64,000 nt of DNA. It comes from Camelus ferus (lineage: Eukaryota). Location of the stretch: contig NC_045698.1 in the NCBI RefSeq assembly GCF_009834535.1, positions 2,792,001 to 2,856,000 of the forward strand. Direction: 5' to 3'. The notes beneath the pieces were generated by a model. That model had not been told where the DNA came from. It saw only the letters and a program-made list of their open reading frames with translations, and did not search any database. Within the stretch, counting starts at the first letter, position 1. Every line of letters begins with the position of its first letter. The translations under genes were made by a program, and so were the position numbers. Shown piece after piece: positions 1-12,856 of this stretch.

Positions 1-3000
1 GTGAGTTAAACGCCAGTGGCTGTCATGGATGCCAACTAGTGTGGATTTGAAACATGACCTAAACATGGTACAGACCAAAGTGTACCCAGACCTGTGGACT
101 GTTCCTGAACGGCCAGCATCCCCTCCTCAGAGCCCATGCACCTGGTGGCAAGCACGCAGCAAAGGCACGAGCGACGAGAGCAGCACAACTGCCCCTTCAC
201 AGCCACTTCTCGTCGGCAGCAGGTTTCTTCAAGACTGTCCAAGATTTCAAAGAAGAATCCATTCCCCTCAGTTAAATTAAAGCAGATGCAACTGCTGGAA
301 AATTTGGCACAATTATCTTTAGAGTGTCATGACCGGTTCACCCGTCCCCAGTGCTGAAATCTTACCGTCTTGTTTATTTGCATTTGTTCTGCTTTGCTGT
401 TTGATGCATTGCTATTTGTTGTGTTGCAACCCCAAATAAATGATATATTTGAAAATCTGACAAAGTGATGTGGGTCCAGAGAGTCCAGAAAGGACTCAGG
501 GACTCAGGGACTTAGAGGAGAGGGTTGTGAGCACCATGACTACCTGGAATTCCTGTGTGAATACACGTAGCTTGTGTGCTGAGTTTGACATGAGATGAGC
601 TTTTGCCGTTTCTTTTGCCCGGGGATCTTCAACAATATCTTGTGTCTCTCATGCGTTTATCACTGTTGAGGGGGAAAGGGCAGATTCCTTCTAATTAAGA
701 GGATAGACAGATATGGATTGATTTGGGTCAGCCTAAAACAACAGTTTACAGTCCTCCTGAAGCCCATATTAATGTCAACTTAGTAGAAAGGGGCTTTTTC
801 CTCCTAACGGGGAGTGATGAGCAAGGATGCTGGTGCCGTTGGCTGCTGCCTCTCCCCTGAGCCAGGCCTGGGGCCTGGGACCTGAGACCCTCCCTCCCTC
901 CCTCCCCCTTTCTGTCCCGGGCTCTGGCCTGGCCCATGTGTTCAGCTGTCTGTCTTATTCTGACACAAGATCTTCCCCCAGATTTATTAACCTCTTTCCT
1001 TCATCTCTTTCAGAGAATCCCAGCAGTTTTAATGGTGGATCATTTTTCATGAAAGCAGAGAGCTTTTTTTTGAATGAGCTTCTAGTTTATGAGTCTGTCT
1101 GGAAGGGTTTGCGAGGGGGCTCATTTATGCTGCTGGAAAACCTACCATAAATTTTCATGAGAGAAGACTTTCGGTTTCAAAACAGAAGTTGCGTCTTGTT
1201 GGCAGTGAGCCACCGGCCACATCTCCCCGGTTCCGCCGCGGCTTCAGGGAAGTCCCTCTGGGAGCCTCCAAAAGTTGTGCTTTTCTGTTTCATTTTGGAA
1301 GGAATCCGCTTCTGTTGTGACCTTCCCATCAGGATAATAGCCCGCAGGGTGAGCAGCGACCCAGAGAGGACCCACAGGAAGCACATCTATGAGGGTGAAT
1401 TCACTTTGGGAGAATTCCCATGAACAGAGGGGCAGAGGAGGGCCATCGGGGCTGAGAAAGAGAAACTGACTCAGAGTGAGGGCTTCTGAGTCCCCGCCCT
1501 CCCGTCTGTCCCTGGATCTCAGCAGCCAGTTTGGGGAAGCCTTGGATTGATCAGGGACCTGGGAGATGCTGCTCACAGTCGGGTCGGCTAGAGACGCAGT
1601 GGGGCCGACACTGTTGGTGTGTTCACTCGGCCCGCGGGTCATCACGATGGCACGTAAACAGGGATCTCTCCACACAGCACCTTCTCCCAAGGAGTTTAGT
1701 GTGTTTGCAAAACAGGAACAGATAAAGAATAGTAACACGACTCTGAAACAACACCTCCCAGGAGAAGACGTCAGTGAATCAATCAAGAGAAAAAGTCTGT
1801 GGGAAGCAAGAGACCAGCTCGAGGCACAGAGAAATGAGAAGCCAGATCCACTGGCGGCTGGGGCCGAGGGCTCTGCCCGGGGCCCACCGAGCACGAGAAG
1901 CCACCTCCCACCCTCGCTGCCTCTGGCCCAGCCTGGATGCGTGAAAACTCTTGGTGGAGCCAGAATTATTAACCCCATTTTACAGGAGAGCTGGGGAGCA
2001 GAGACTTCTGCAGACCTCAAATACCTCAGCTTAGTGTGAAAAAATACTAACTTTTCACCCCATGGGTCCGTCCCACTGGCCCCCACATCCTCTTCCAGGC
2101 CCAAGGCGGGAAGAGTCAGGACTGGGAGTTGACCTTGGTGGTCAGGGGGCCCAGAAACTGCTCATCTAGGAGACCCTGGGCAAGCCAGCATCCCCTGGGG
2201 GCATTTGTGGGGACACCAGAGCATGTGATCTCGCTGACCCGGTGTGAGCCACCTTGGGGGTGAGTCCCCCAGCCCATCAAGCCCACCCTGTTCTCAGCGG
2301 CATGAGGACTGAGCCTACAGCTGACACCACTGGCTCCGACAGCAAGCCTCCCTTCCCGACATTTTTATAGGTCTTGGGGCTCGCATCCCGCCAGCGACAG
2401 CGCCCCTCCCTTCATCAAACCAGAGAGCGGAGGCAGCCGCCAGCACCCTCTGCCCCTGGACAGCTTCCCGCCATGCTGACCCGGAGCACTTTAAATCCTG
2501 CACTCACACCGCACATACGCACGCTCCGAACATGCATTTGTTTCTGAGTGTGAAAATGAATTCGTTGCTATAACTATTTTTTTTAAATTTGACAAATCAA
2601 AAGCCTATTTATACCCATTTTAAAAACTAACAGTGATGGTATATATTAAAGCCTTGTTTTGGTCGCTCCAACTATGTTTTGCCCTTCAGAAGGCTGAATA
2701 CAGTGTGATGGCTACTTAGTGAGACATCCTGAGAGGTGAGGCTAGACTCACCCCGGAGGCAAAACTTCTGTTTGAACAGAGAGTTCATCTCACGCTGGTG
2801 AGGAAGGTCGTGCATCACACATTGGAATAAGCTCCACCCCAGGACAAGTACCCCACCGAAGGCTGAGGACCTGCTGGGGGAGGCGCGCGGTCTCCCCTGC
2901 TCCTTTCCAGGCCTGTCCTTCAACGTGTCTGCGACTTTAAGAGGCCCTCAAGCAGGTGCTGACCGGGGAGGGAACCCGGTGGAGACTTTGCTACAAGCAC

Positions 3001-5669
3001 CAAAAACAGCCCCACAGAGCCCGTTTTAGATGGAAAAATCTGTAATTTTCCATTTACCTCAAATAACATATGTGGGACTAGTCCCCCCCCCAGAGAAGTT
3101 TAATTCACCTCTTGGAGGGATGTTTAAAAGCGGAGACATTGAGTATCAGGTTTGTGTGTTTATTTATTTATTTTAAGCCATTCTTGTTGCTCTCGTCTGA
3201 GGCACGTCAGTCTAGGGCCCACGTGTGAAGCTCATAGTCAAGGCAAAGAGGGTCTTGTCCCCTGACGATTGTCACCAGGGCTGAATGAAGCCAAGACGCG
3301 GCTTTTGCAAAGTCACTTTTTCTGGGCTCAGTGACTACACAGCCAAAAGCTGTTTTGTGTTTTCAAAGACTTAGAGCCTTGACTTCCAACTAAAATTTAT
3401 ATGGTTTGCTAATTGCCTACACGTAAGGGAGGGTGAGCGTGCGATTTCCTTTCACTGTAATTTGAAATCCCACAGTTAACGGTTTCTCGTCATCCACTAG
3501 GGAAGCGGGGGTTGGCAGGCTCCCAGCACAGGGGACCCGGCCCTGTGGGGGCACTAACACTGGCACAATGCTCCGTGTTGTACTCAAAACAAATTCTGCT
3601 GGCTCCAGCATTTTGATTTAATGAAAGACTAATAATTCCAGAAATTCAAATTTAAGCGCTGTTCTTTTATTTTTAACCACCAGCAGTAACAATAACTGCT
3701 GGTTCTCCTTAAAAAAATGTAGAATTCAACTAAATTAAGTTCACAGACTTTTTCTTGGACTTGCTTTAATTTGGCTTTAATGTTATAAGTCCAAGCCTTG
3801 AAACATTTATATCTCTGGTTTCAGTTCAACTAATAAAGTATTACTATATTAATAATTGCTACCCACTTTATTAAGAACTATAGACGTCAAATCCTTTATA
3901 TTCAGGACAAGAAAGCCCTTGGGCTCTAAATACTTTTGGCAAATAAGTCCTTAAGATATAATTGATTATAACATAGGGTCTGATTTAAAACACAAATTAA
4001 AATTAAGGGCGGCTACTTCTATTTGCAAATCATTACAGGGCTAACTTAGAAGATAATTCTTGTGATGACATTTAAATAGAGACTCGCAGGAATTCAAGGG
4101 CTTGTGTTTGAAGCGAGCTTCGAAATTCTTTGTGCATTTGGCCGGCAACTTCAATATCACTGAGCCGTGATTAATATAAACCTGCAATATCCAAGGTAGC
4201 AAATATATAGAGGCACGGAGGAAATTGCACACTCCATTAAAGCAATTCATGAGCTGCCTTGCGAGAAAGAATAACTCAGGGGAGAAGGTCCTAATTTCAG
4301 ATGATGCTTCGAGGGTCCTGGATGAGCAGCTGCCTTCTCATCCAACAGCATTCACACTGATATCAGCCCTGCAGGTGGACTGGACCCAGGGTCGGGGGAG
4401 GCGCTGCCTTCCGGAGGGGAGGCACCTGCTTCACTTCCAAGTGCCCGCCGGGAGCACACGTGAGCGCGGCCTTCCTGGATGGGACCGAGATGGCTCAAGG
4501 CTAGGTGCTCGGTGATAGAAGGCGATTAAGATGCGATTCCCGTCCTTGAAGACGTTACCAAGAAGGAAAGTTGGACACACGCGTAAACAGCGATTTCCCA
4601 AGACAGACTACGGCCACTGACGAAAGTACTAAGGGGATGAAGGCTGTGGGTGGGAGTCCCTGCTGAGGGACCAGGCACATGATAAATGCAAATACCGACC
4701 GTGCACCTACGGGGGTTATGATACTTAAATCTCACGTTTCCCAGTCTATTATTACATTCAGATAGGTGACCAGAAACTTTTTTTAAATCTCATTTTCTCT
4801 TTTGCTCTTTTCCCCTCTGAAGATGTATTTAACAAGATTACAGAATTGGAAAAGGATCTTGAGATGCTGCAGTCCATTCTCTCAAAAAATGCCAGAAGTG
4901 GTAACTCATGCTAAGAGATGCTGAGTAAGGTGTACACGGACTTTCAGCCCAATAAATGCAAAAGGAAAAAAAAACAAAAAGGACTGGCTCACACCCCGGC
5001 ATGAAAGCTTACTCAGGGCGGAGTCAGAAGCAACAGTGGTGCCGATCTGAACGCTTCCTCCCCCCTCTGCCCATTGATTTCTCCGTTTCTCAACGTGTGT
5101 AGTAACCTCATCATTTTCCACCACAAACTGGCTTGTTGAGTGTAGCCAGAAAGGAATCCCCACCTGCTCCTCCACTGTCCTGGGAAGGGAGCCTCTGGAA
5201 CAGGGTCCTCCCTCTGTCGGTCCCAGCGGCGGCCTCAGTGGACCCTGCGTGGTTCTGTGCTCTCTCCTGGCTCCAGCGTTCTTGCCTGCCTGATGGGGAA
5301 TTGCTGCGTCCACAGCTGGGTCAAGTCTCCCATCCTTCCACAAGCATCAAGGGGGCAGATCATCAAGGGTTGAAAGACTCGTTCATGGACGGGACAGAGG
5401 GAAAGGCAGGTTCCCCCAGACAGAACACCCGGCGTCCCTCCTTAGGGCACTCTGTTGGAGGAACCAGGTGGTGGTGACAGCTCTCTGTGTGAACTCATTG
5501 CTCCTTCTTGCAGACACCTCACCTTCCAGACATGACAGACTCGAGGCAGGCGAGTCAATGATCCCCCGATGGAGGCCAAAGGAGCCAGAGCCCTAGAGCG
5601 AAGCAGAGCACGGGGCAGAGCTGGGCCGCTTCCTGTGTCCCGGGTCGCACTCTCGCGCCTGCTGTCGGC

Positions 5670-6117
5670 GTTTGTTTTTTTTAATATTTGTTGGTTTATG
5701 TATTTAATTGAAGTACAGTCGATTTACAATGTCATGTTCGTGTCTAGTGTACAGCAGTGATTCAGTTATACATATGTATACGTTCCCTTTCATAGTCTTT
5801 CTCACTAGAGGTTACTGTAAGATGTTGAACACAGTTCCCTAAGCTGTACAGTAGGACCTTGTTGTCTGTCTATTTTATTTATAGTGGCATGTATCCGCAA
5901 ATCCTGAACTCTTAACTTATCCCTCCTGACCCCCTTCCCCAACGACCACATAACCATAAGTTTGTGTTCTATGTCTACTATTCCATCTCCGTTTTGTAAA
6001 CAAGTTCACTTGTGTCCTTTTTTTTTTTTTTTCCAGATTCCACATGTAAGTGATATCATATTGTATTTTCTTTCTCTTTCTGGCTTACTTCACTTCGTAT
6101 GATGATCTCCAGGTCAT
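5670..6117 (-). mobile_element. L1 LINE, 5'-truncated 3' end (ORF2 tail + 3'UTR), artiodactyl/camelid type
   Basis: T-rich tail, then ttaattgaagtacagtcgatttacaatg...gtaggaccttgttg...taaccataagtttg...agattccacatgtaagtgatatcata...ggcttacttcactt. This is the reverse complement of an L1 3' end and is homologous to the copies at 12.9, 39.5 and 49.3 kb. Confidence 0.93.
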
Positions 6118-7594
6118 CACCACCAATACCAGGTTCTTAATGAAGTACCATCTGATCACGTGAACGCTGAGTGACGGCTACACTGGGTCCGGGCCCCACG
6201 CTGTGTCTGCCCTTCCTCCGAGACCTGGTCTCAAGAACCTCCATCTCCAAACCCTTCCCTTCGCTTTGCCGTCTTACCCAGGGCAGATGTAACAGAAGTT
6301 GTAAATAAACTCCCCTGCCAACAAAATTAGAGGGTTTAAGAGCCTAGACACTTACAAAATTTGAGCAGAAAATGCATTTCAACATCCTTCCTGGCATGAG
6401 GCTGTATAGATCCATACAGGTAGACAGGGTCTGTGAGTTTAGGTCAGAATCTAACGGCACATGTAGAAAATTTTAAGAATATACTGTACGTATTTCTTAC
6501 AGTCATCCATGTCTATTTGTCTTTCTTGGATCTATTTCATTTATCCAAAGATTTTCTCTCCCCCTTTGCATTTTAAAGATAGAAGCCTTTAGAAAAATGA
6601 GTTTCTGAGAAAACGATGAGCTGTTCCTTACATCCCGTCCCCGGCCCCCACCTCTTTCTTACACACACAGACACACAGACACAGCTTTGAACAAGACATG
6701 ATGCATCCAAAAGAGCTGCATGAGGCAGTGCCTGACTGCCTTGCTGTATGTGATGCAACCACAGAGATGCAGGCAGATAACCCTCACTAAGCGATACTCC
6801 GTAGTAATGTATGTTTAAAGCACGGAGCATCATGTTCTACTTGTAGAAACTTTAAGCCGGCAGGACGTTCTTGTGCCTCGGCGCTCTCTCTGTACGTGAC
6901 GTTGGTAACGCAAGGCGCCTGTTTTCCTGGACGGTTGGGGCTGCCTCGCAGCGTGCAAGGGCCTGAGGAGGAAGGGAGAGAGGGGCCCGGGGTGGGCAGG
7001 GAGGAGCAGCAGGAGGGGCGGCATTCCTGTGCCAGACAGAGAAGTGCTGGGTCTCCTCACCTCTCCTCACAGAGCTGGGGTGAGCGGACTGGCCTGTATT
7101 TAACTGCACTTAGATTTGAAGACAGTTGTTGATGGAATGGAAAGCATCTTCCCAAAGTCATGGTCCACTAAGGAGCAGCCCCAGGCCTTCAGGGCTCTGG
7201 CACAGTGTGGTCAGAAGCGGTCTGGGGAGCCTTCCCTTGTGGGGAGCGGCCCCTGTCTTGGTTCCAGGTCCAGCTCAGGCAAGAGTAGGTCACGGTTTAG
7301 AGGGAGCCACTGTTTCCAGCCCTGCTCCAGGGTGTTGCTCATTTCTCCCCTTTGTGCTAGTGGATCGGCGTGTGTCACGCCGGAGCTCTTCCAAGGCACC
7401 AAGGCAGTGCACCCCCTCGCCTGCACCAAACTCTGCCATGTGTTGATGGTACCCTGGACCTGCAAATGGAGAAACTCTACAGGGGGTGTACCTGTGAAAA
7501 ACACACGGCTAAGAAGACTTTCTAGCTCAACATCCAAACCCTAAACCCCTAGCTTCAAGGCTTCATCACCTGGAGAGGACTCCTCCAGCACTCG

Positions 7595-7725
7595 ACTGTG
7601 CTGTGAGTCCCGAAGTGGAGATACTTGACCCAAAAGTCGTTGCATCTGCCGTGCCTGGCTCAAGGCACCGTGCCCTATAAGGTGAGGGAGGGAGGGAGGC
7701 AGGGAGGGATGGATGAATAAGTGAA
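7595..7725 (+). mobile_element. L2 LINE 3'-end fossil
   Basis: actgtgctgtgagtcccgaag...gtgcctggctcaagg...ggatggatgaataagtgaa resembles the L2 3' terminus with a degenerate (GAAT)n tail. Confidence 0.45.
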
Positions 7726-9267
7726 GGAGAAATACCCCAGAGACCTGGTCGAGGATGAACTCAACTCAGCTTCTCGGTTTCCCGGCTTCATCTCCCCCCG
7801 ATGCCCCTCCAGGCTTCACGGCGGAAGAAGTGAGTCAGCGCAGGGCCCTGCACCATCACGGCCTGGGGTGCTTGCTGCCCAGGCCTGCGCCAGCTCCAGC
7901 CTGCTGTGACCTGTGGAGGGGCTGGAGCTCTGGACGGCAGCCATCCTGGGAGCCAGGTGAAGGACAGCCACCTACATCCCGCACCACCGCTGGGGGAAAC
8001 CTTAGAGATCCTGGCATCCCGTGGGCTGACTTCCTTGAGCCCAGTCTCAGCACTCACTCTACCTTCCAGGTGGCGCGTGACTCACGGCCATTCCTGGTCT
8101 GATGTGCTCAGGATGGAAAGCATTCAGCAGCGTGTGTGGTGCCTGGCGGCGCAGGGAGAGTCCAACAAACGTCAGATGCCATTTCTCGCCATGAATCAGA
8201 GTGTGGTTACAGGTACCTGCCGCGTGGTCTATCTCCAGACGCTGCGTTAAAGGAGAACCCATAGAGACGATGCGAACCTGGGGTGCATTTTAAGTATCTA
8301 AGACATGAAGACGACGTCCGCACTGAAATCAAACTCCTGGGACGCATCGTACTTCCACGTAACGGCCAAATAAACAACTTTAAGTACATTAAACATTATG
8401 AAAATTCTAAACATCCCCCAACACACACACACACATCAGATGGATGAATCTTACCAAAATTACTATCCCTAAAAACTGAGCCTCAGTGGAACCCACTGTG
8501 GTCAAACAGCAAATGGTTGGCACCAAGGACATCGTCAAAGAGCTGGGCTAGTGTCCTGCCATCATACTGCCCAGCAGTTGTTAGTGCCAGAGAAAAGCCA
8601 CCGGTGGGAGGAAGCCCGCACAGGGAAGTGAGGGTCTGCGACAGCTGCTCTCAGAGGTGGACAAGCCACAGACCAGGACAGCTACAAACTCTGTCCCCCA
8701 GGAGATGTGTTTCCCAAGAGCCAGCAGTGCCCTGGGAAAGGACGCTGAGGCCGCCATGGGCATCAGAAATGTCCCCAGACTGTCAGTCCTCCAAGCTGGG
8801 GACCTGGAGCCTCGACTGGACCAAACGGTGCCAAGGGAGAAGGGACCACACACCCAGCCCCATGTGCCAGACAGCAGCTCCCTGGGCGTTTTCAAGGTGC
8901 AATGCCAGCATCTCTTCCAGGTGCCGCGGCCGGGAGCAAGCACCGGGGGCGGGGGCGGCTGGGGAGGGCGCCCAGAGCAGGAGGACAGGACAGAGCAAAG
9001 CAGCCGCACCTCCTGGCTGGCAGTTCAGGGTACAGCGTGAGGGGTGTGGAGTCAGGGAGGCAGAGGCGGCTCGGGCTCTGAGCTTTCCTTCGGCCTGTCC
9101 CCGGGGCCTGGCCCCGACCCCCTGTGCGGCAGCTGGGGCTTTGCTAGGGGCAAAGGCATTCCCACCCTCGGAGTCCCGCTTGCCCACCTGAAGGTCGGCT
9201 TCATGGCGCCGCCGGCCTCATCACCATCTCCCCTCCTTCCGGCTTCTCGCTGCCGCTCCTGCCTTGT

Positions 9268-9288
9268 CCCCCCCCCCCCCCCCCCCCC
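9268..9288. repeat. poly-C homopolymer (C21)
   Basis: 21 consecutive C residues, counted directly. Confidence 0.95.
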
Positions 9289-9518
9289 GTCCTTCCAGAG
9301 CCAGCAGGCAGGCGAGGTGGGCGGGCGTTCTCCTCTGTGGGGACGACCCGCTCCTCACATGGAGAAAGTGCAGGGCTGCCGGGACGGGACCAGGGAGGGG
9401 TCCCTCCCATCCACCCACCATCACGTCGCAGGAATAATAAACTCATAGGACTCTGTGTCTCCAACAAATGCAAATTGAAAGTTATCTCCTTGGTAACAGT
9501 TCAGTCGCAGGAGCACAA

Positions 9519-9622
9519 GGAGGGAGGGTCACTCAGTGGTAGAGCACATGCTTAGCAGGCACGAGGTCCTGGGTTCAATCCCCAGCACCTCCATTAAAAA
9601 TTAAAGAAAATAAAAATAAAAA
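9519..9622 (+). mobile_element. tRNA-derived SINE (Vic-1-like, camelid)
   Basis: ggagggagggtcactcagtggtagagcacatgcttagcaggcacgaggtcctgggttcaatccccagcacctcc followed by an A-rich tail. Degenerate A box and a B box GGTTCAATCCC at 9572-9582. Confidence 0.9.
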
Positions 9623-12600
9623 TCAGTAGTACCACAGCCACACAGCCAGAAGACGCCTGCCTGTGATCTGTGTCTGCTGCACCCGTCCCCAGCCGGGCAG
9701 GTCCCAGGGCTTGGCGAGCTGGCAACATCAGGACACCAGTGGCCCAGGAGCAGGAGCGGAGCCTTGGTAAGGCCCGAGGTCCTGGCAAAGCGGGCTTCTA
9801 AACTGCTCACTGCTGCTCAGAAACGCCCGGCAGAGGTCCCCTCTGTTAACACCCCCTCCCATCTGTTTTCTGCAGTTTGCCATCCTGCCTGGAAATAGTT
9901 CAGCTTTTGCTGGAACAATTGTCAAGTTGGCATAGTTGACGTACAGTTATTTATTTATTTGTTTGTTATTTATTTATCAATCAGTCAAAATCCTCTCTCA
10001 TGTCCCTTTGGAAATGCTCTCTCAAAAGTGAAGAAAAGCCACTGTTTCCATCGCGAAGGAGCATAAAGGTGTCGGTCGGGGTGCGCGGGGATGGCCGGCA
10101 TCGGTCCCGGGCAGAGCTGTGCGAAGCCCGCTCCCCGCAGAGCGGATGAGCCGGCAGGTGGGGGCAGCCCCGGAGATTCTGTTTACACATCACTAATGAA
10201 GTGACGCTGGCTCTTTTCACTTGCTGGACACTTTGAAATGCACGGAGTGACCGCGTCCCTCCATGGAAACACACGGGAGCGGAACCCACAGCGGCCTCGC
10301 CGTGGGGGCACACAGCGCCGGGGGTGCAGCAGGTTTGTGTTAACCCTGTCCGTCAGGAGGGAGGGAGGCTCAGGGGCCGGGAAAGCAGTGATTGGAGTCG
10401 CCAGGCGAGCGGGGCTGCCCCCAAACGTCCCGGCCTGGACCGGCTGTCTTCCTGCACAATGAAAGGCCCTTTGAAAGCCCAGCCTTGGGAGCAGCACAAG
10501 GAGTGGAAGTCACTGCGCCCTCTGAATGAAATAAATGTCTCCTTTGAACGCCTGTAAGGTCTGTGTAAATTCCCCCAGCGCAGCATCATTAGGATTCCGC
10601 GGGAAAGACGCATACATTAGACCACACTGTGTCCCTTTTGTGTAGTAAACATCAACTCTCTCCTGCCACTGGTCGAGTCTAAAAGCTGAAACAAAGTGGG
10701 GGCTCCTGCTGGGGAAAAGAGCTGCACCGGCCACTGAAGCCACCTTTGTGTTGGGAGCCTCATTTGAATAAACAGCATGTTGTCCCTGGGGAAGGCAGAC
10801 CCTCCAGCGCTGCATCCCCGCAGAGAGGGAGAGACAGAAGGGTGTATTCATTTTGTCCTTTCATTGCACTAAAACATCTCTGGGACGACCGAATTTCCCA
10901 ACTACACACAAATGCGACCCAGGGGAGACGCAGTGCTATTTGTGAGGCTCAGACGGGTCACTGCCTGGGATAAGACGTCCAGTTACTTTATCCGGAGGCT
11001 TCCCCCTTCCCACACTGGCTCTCTCTGTCCCCTTGGAAAGCCCAGGGAACCGGGGAGAGCCTTGGACCGGGTTCTGGGCTGTTCTCACCTTGCATTTTCA
11101 GCTGTGGCGAGACTTAAACACTGCATCATGGGCAGAACAAGTGGTCGGGGAGATTTAGGACTGCAGATAAAATATGACTTGAAATGAGGCTTTCAAGTCA
11201 TATTATGTTCTTCCTTTTAGGTCCGCAGAGATTTGTTACATGGTCAGGTCCTGTTAGAATGGCTCCCATCTTTGCCGTCCAGCCATCAGGAGGTCACAAG
11301 CGTAGCTGCAGTGCCCTGGATTTGGAGAGGAAAGAGGGTCGGGGAGCCCTGCTTGTGAACATGCATATAGTTCGCAATTTGCAGGAAGTTGTCCAGATCG
11401 CTGGGGGAGGGGGTGTGGAGCTAGGGTCTCTTTGCTTGGAAACTACCACCGTCCTGCCTGCATCTTTGATGCAAGGGCGCCAGCAGCGTCTCCAGCCCTG
11501 GGGGAGAGAAATCACGGATGGCCCAATACTTCGTGTCTTGGGGTAGATTCAGGTAGGGTAGCAAGTGAGGGCTTCTGGGAAGCAAAAGCCGCAAGTAAAA
11601 CATCGTGAAGGGAGCCTATGTGCAGAAACATTTCCCTGGCAGATTCTGAGACCCACATTTCCATTCCTTTTGAATACAGAAAAAGGATTTACTTGAGCTA
11701 CAACTTTTAAAGACTTTACTTTTGGGTTTGGACAAGGAGAAGAGGTTTAGTTTTGAAAATGTATTGATCATTTTCAGAACTCTTCTCTCAAAAACAAAAA
11801 CAGAAACAATTCAAGAAAAATAAGCAATTAAAAAGCCCTTAATCTGCTTTAAGGTGTTGCAGGAAAAGTAGGACTTTTATACATGGGGAGACGACACTCT
11901 TCCCTAATCAGTTCAAATTTGTTTTGCTAGTTTGAAGTGTAAAAGTAACCTTAGCATAAAGTCTTTAAACATAGAAATCTAGGTAATCAGGAAAAGTTCA
12001 CCACAAAGCTAGCATTCTGCACACCATTAAAATGATTACATATATAGTTTGTACATGCAGATCAAGCCATACTTAATTAAAACGCTAAATCTGTGAAATT
12101 CCTTTATAAATGTGCCTACGCTGGTCCCTTCCCATGCATGTTTACCTTTGTTCGGTGTTACACTGTGTGTGTGGTGTTGGTGGGGTTCTGTGTTATCTTC
12201 TCTGTTTCATTAAATGTGATGCTGGGATGCAACTTTACGATGCAGAGAAAAGACGCTGCTGTTGCATGCACTTTAGGAGAGGGTGTAAATCCCCTGTAAT
12301 GTATTGCTTGGGTCACACACTTGACATAATTTAACACGGGCCACGTTCTCCCAGCATGTAAGTTAATACCTGGGTGCAAGGTCACGTGTGTGCACACTCT
12401 GTAAAACAGATCACGGAACAGCAAACAAGGCCCATGCCGTTCCCTGCTGTCACTCTTCACGATGAACACAGATGGCCCCGCCGTGTCAGTCAGGGGCTGC
12501 CCTCGTCAATCAGGGGCTGCGTGGAGCCCTCGCCAGGTGTCTGGGCTGCACCCCATTTGCTGTCTTGCCAGGGGTGGAAGAGAACCTTGAGGGGATAGAC

Positions 12601-12856
12601 AAAAGGGAACAGTCCCCTGATGTTTATGCTCATCCGGGGTCAGATAATAAGATTCAGAGATGTGGATATACCTGAAGTTTCCCAAAAGGCTTTACTAATG
12701 GGACGGGGGAATTCAACCTCGATAAACTACTCATTGGTTAGAAAATAATGAAATTTGCATTTATTTCACAGAAGATAGGTGATGGACTGAGAATTCTTTT
12801 TGTTTTTAGCAGTTAAGCAATTTTTTTCTTCCTTCCTTCAACAAATAACTTTCCCC

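Noticed and set aside
1..10. GTGAGT splice-donor consensus at position 1
   Set aside because: The upstream exon is not visible and a hexamer alone is uninformative.
490..512. Short tandem repeat ggactcagggactcagggac (similar duplications near 17922, 35055, 52571)
   Set aside because: Two-copy slippage duplications with no spacers; not CRISPR-like or satellite arrays.
1244..2104. Longest ORF (286 aa, minus strand)
   Set aside because: Non-ATG start, low-information composition (Ser/Leu/Pro/Gly/Arg-rich), no recognisable domain and no exon structure. Expected by chance in GC-rich DNA.
3679..3703. 9-bp perfect hairpin accagcagt/actgctggt
   Set aside because: A few 9-bp stems with short loops are expected by chance in 64 kb. 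Too short for a pre-miRNA, and bacterial terminator logic does not apply.
8517..9448. Cluster of overlapping 130-224 aa ORFs
   Set aside because: Open on both strands and several frames because GC-rich DNA lacks stop codons. No homology recognised.
9519..9595. Possible tRNA gene
   Set aside because: Degenerate A box and acceptor stem, A-rich tail and related dispersed copies identify it as a SINE.
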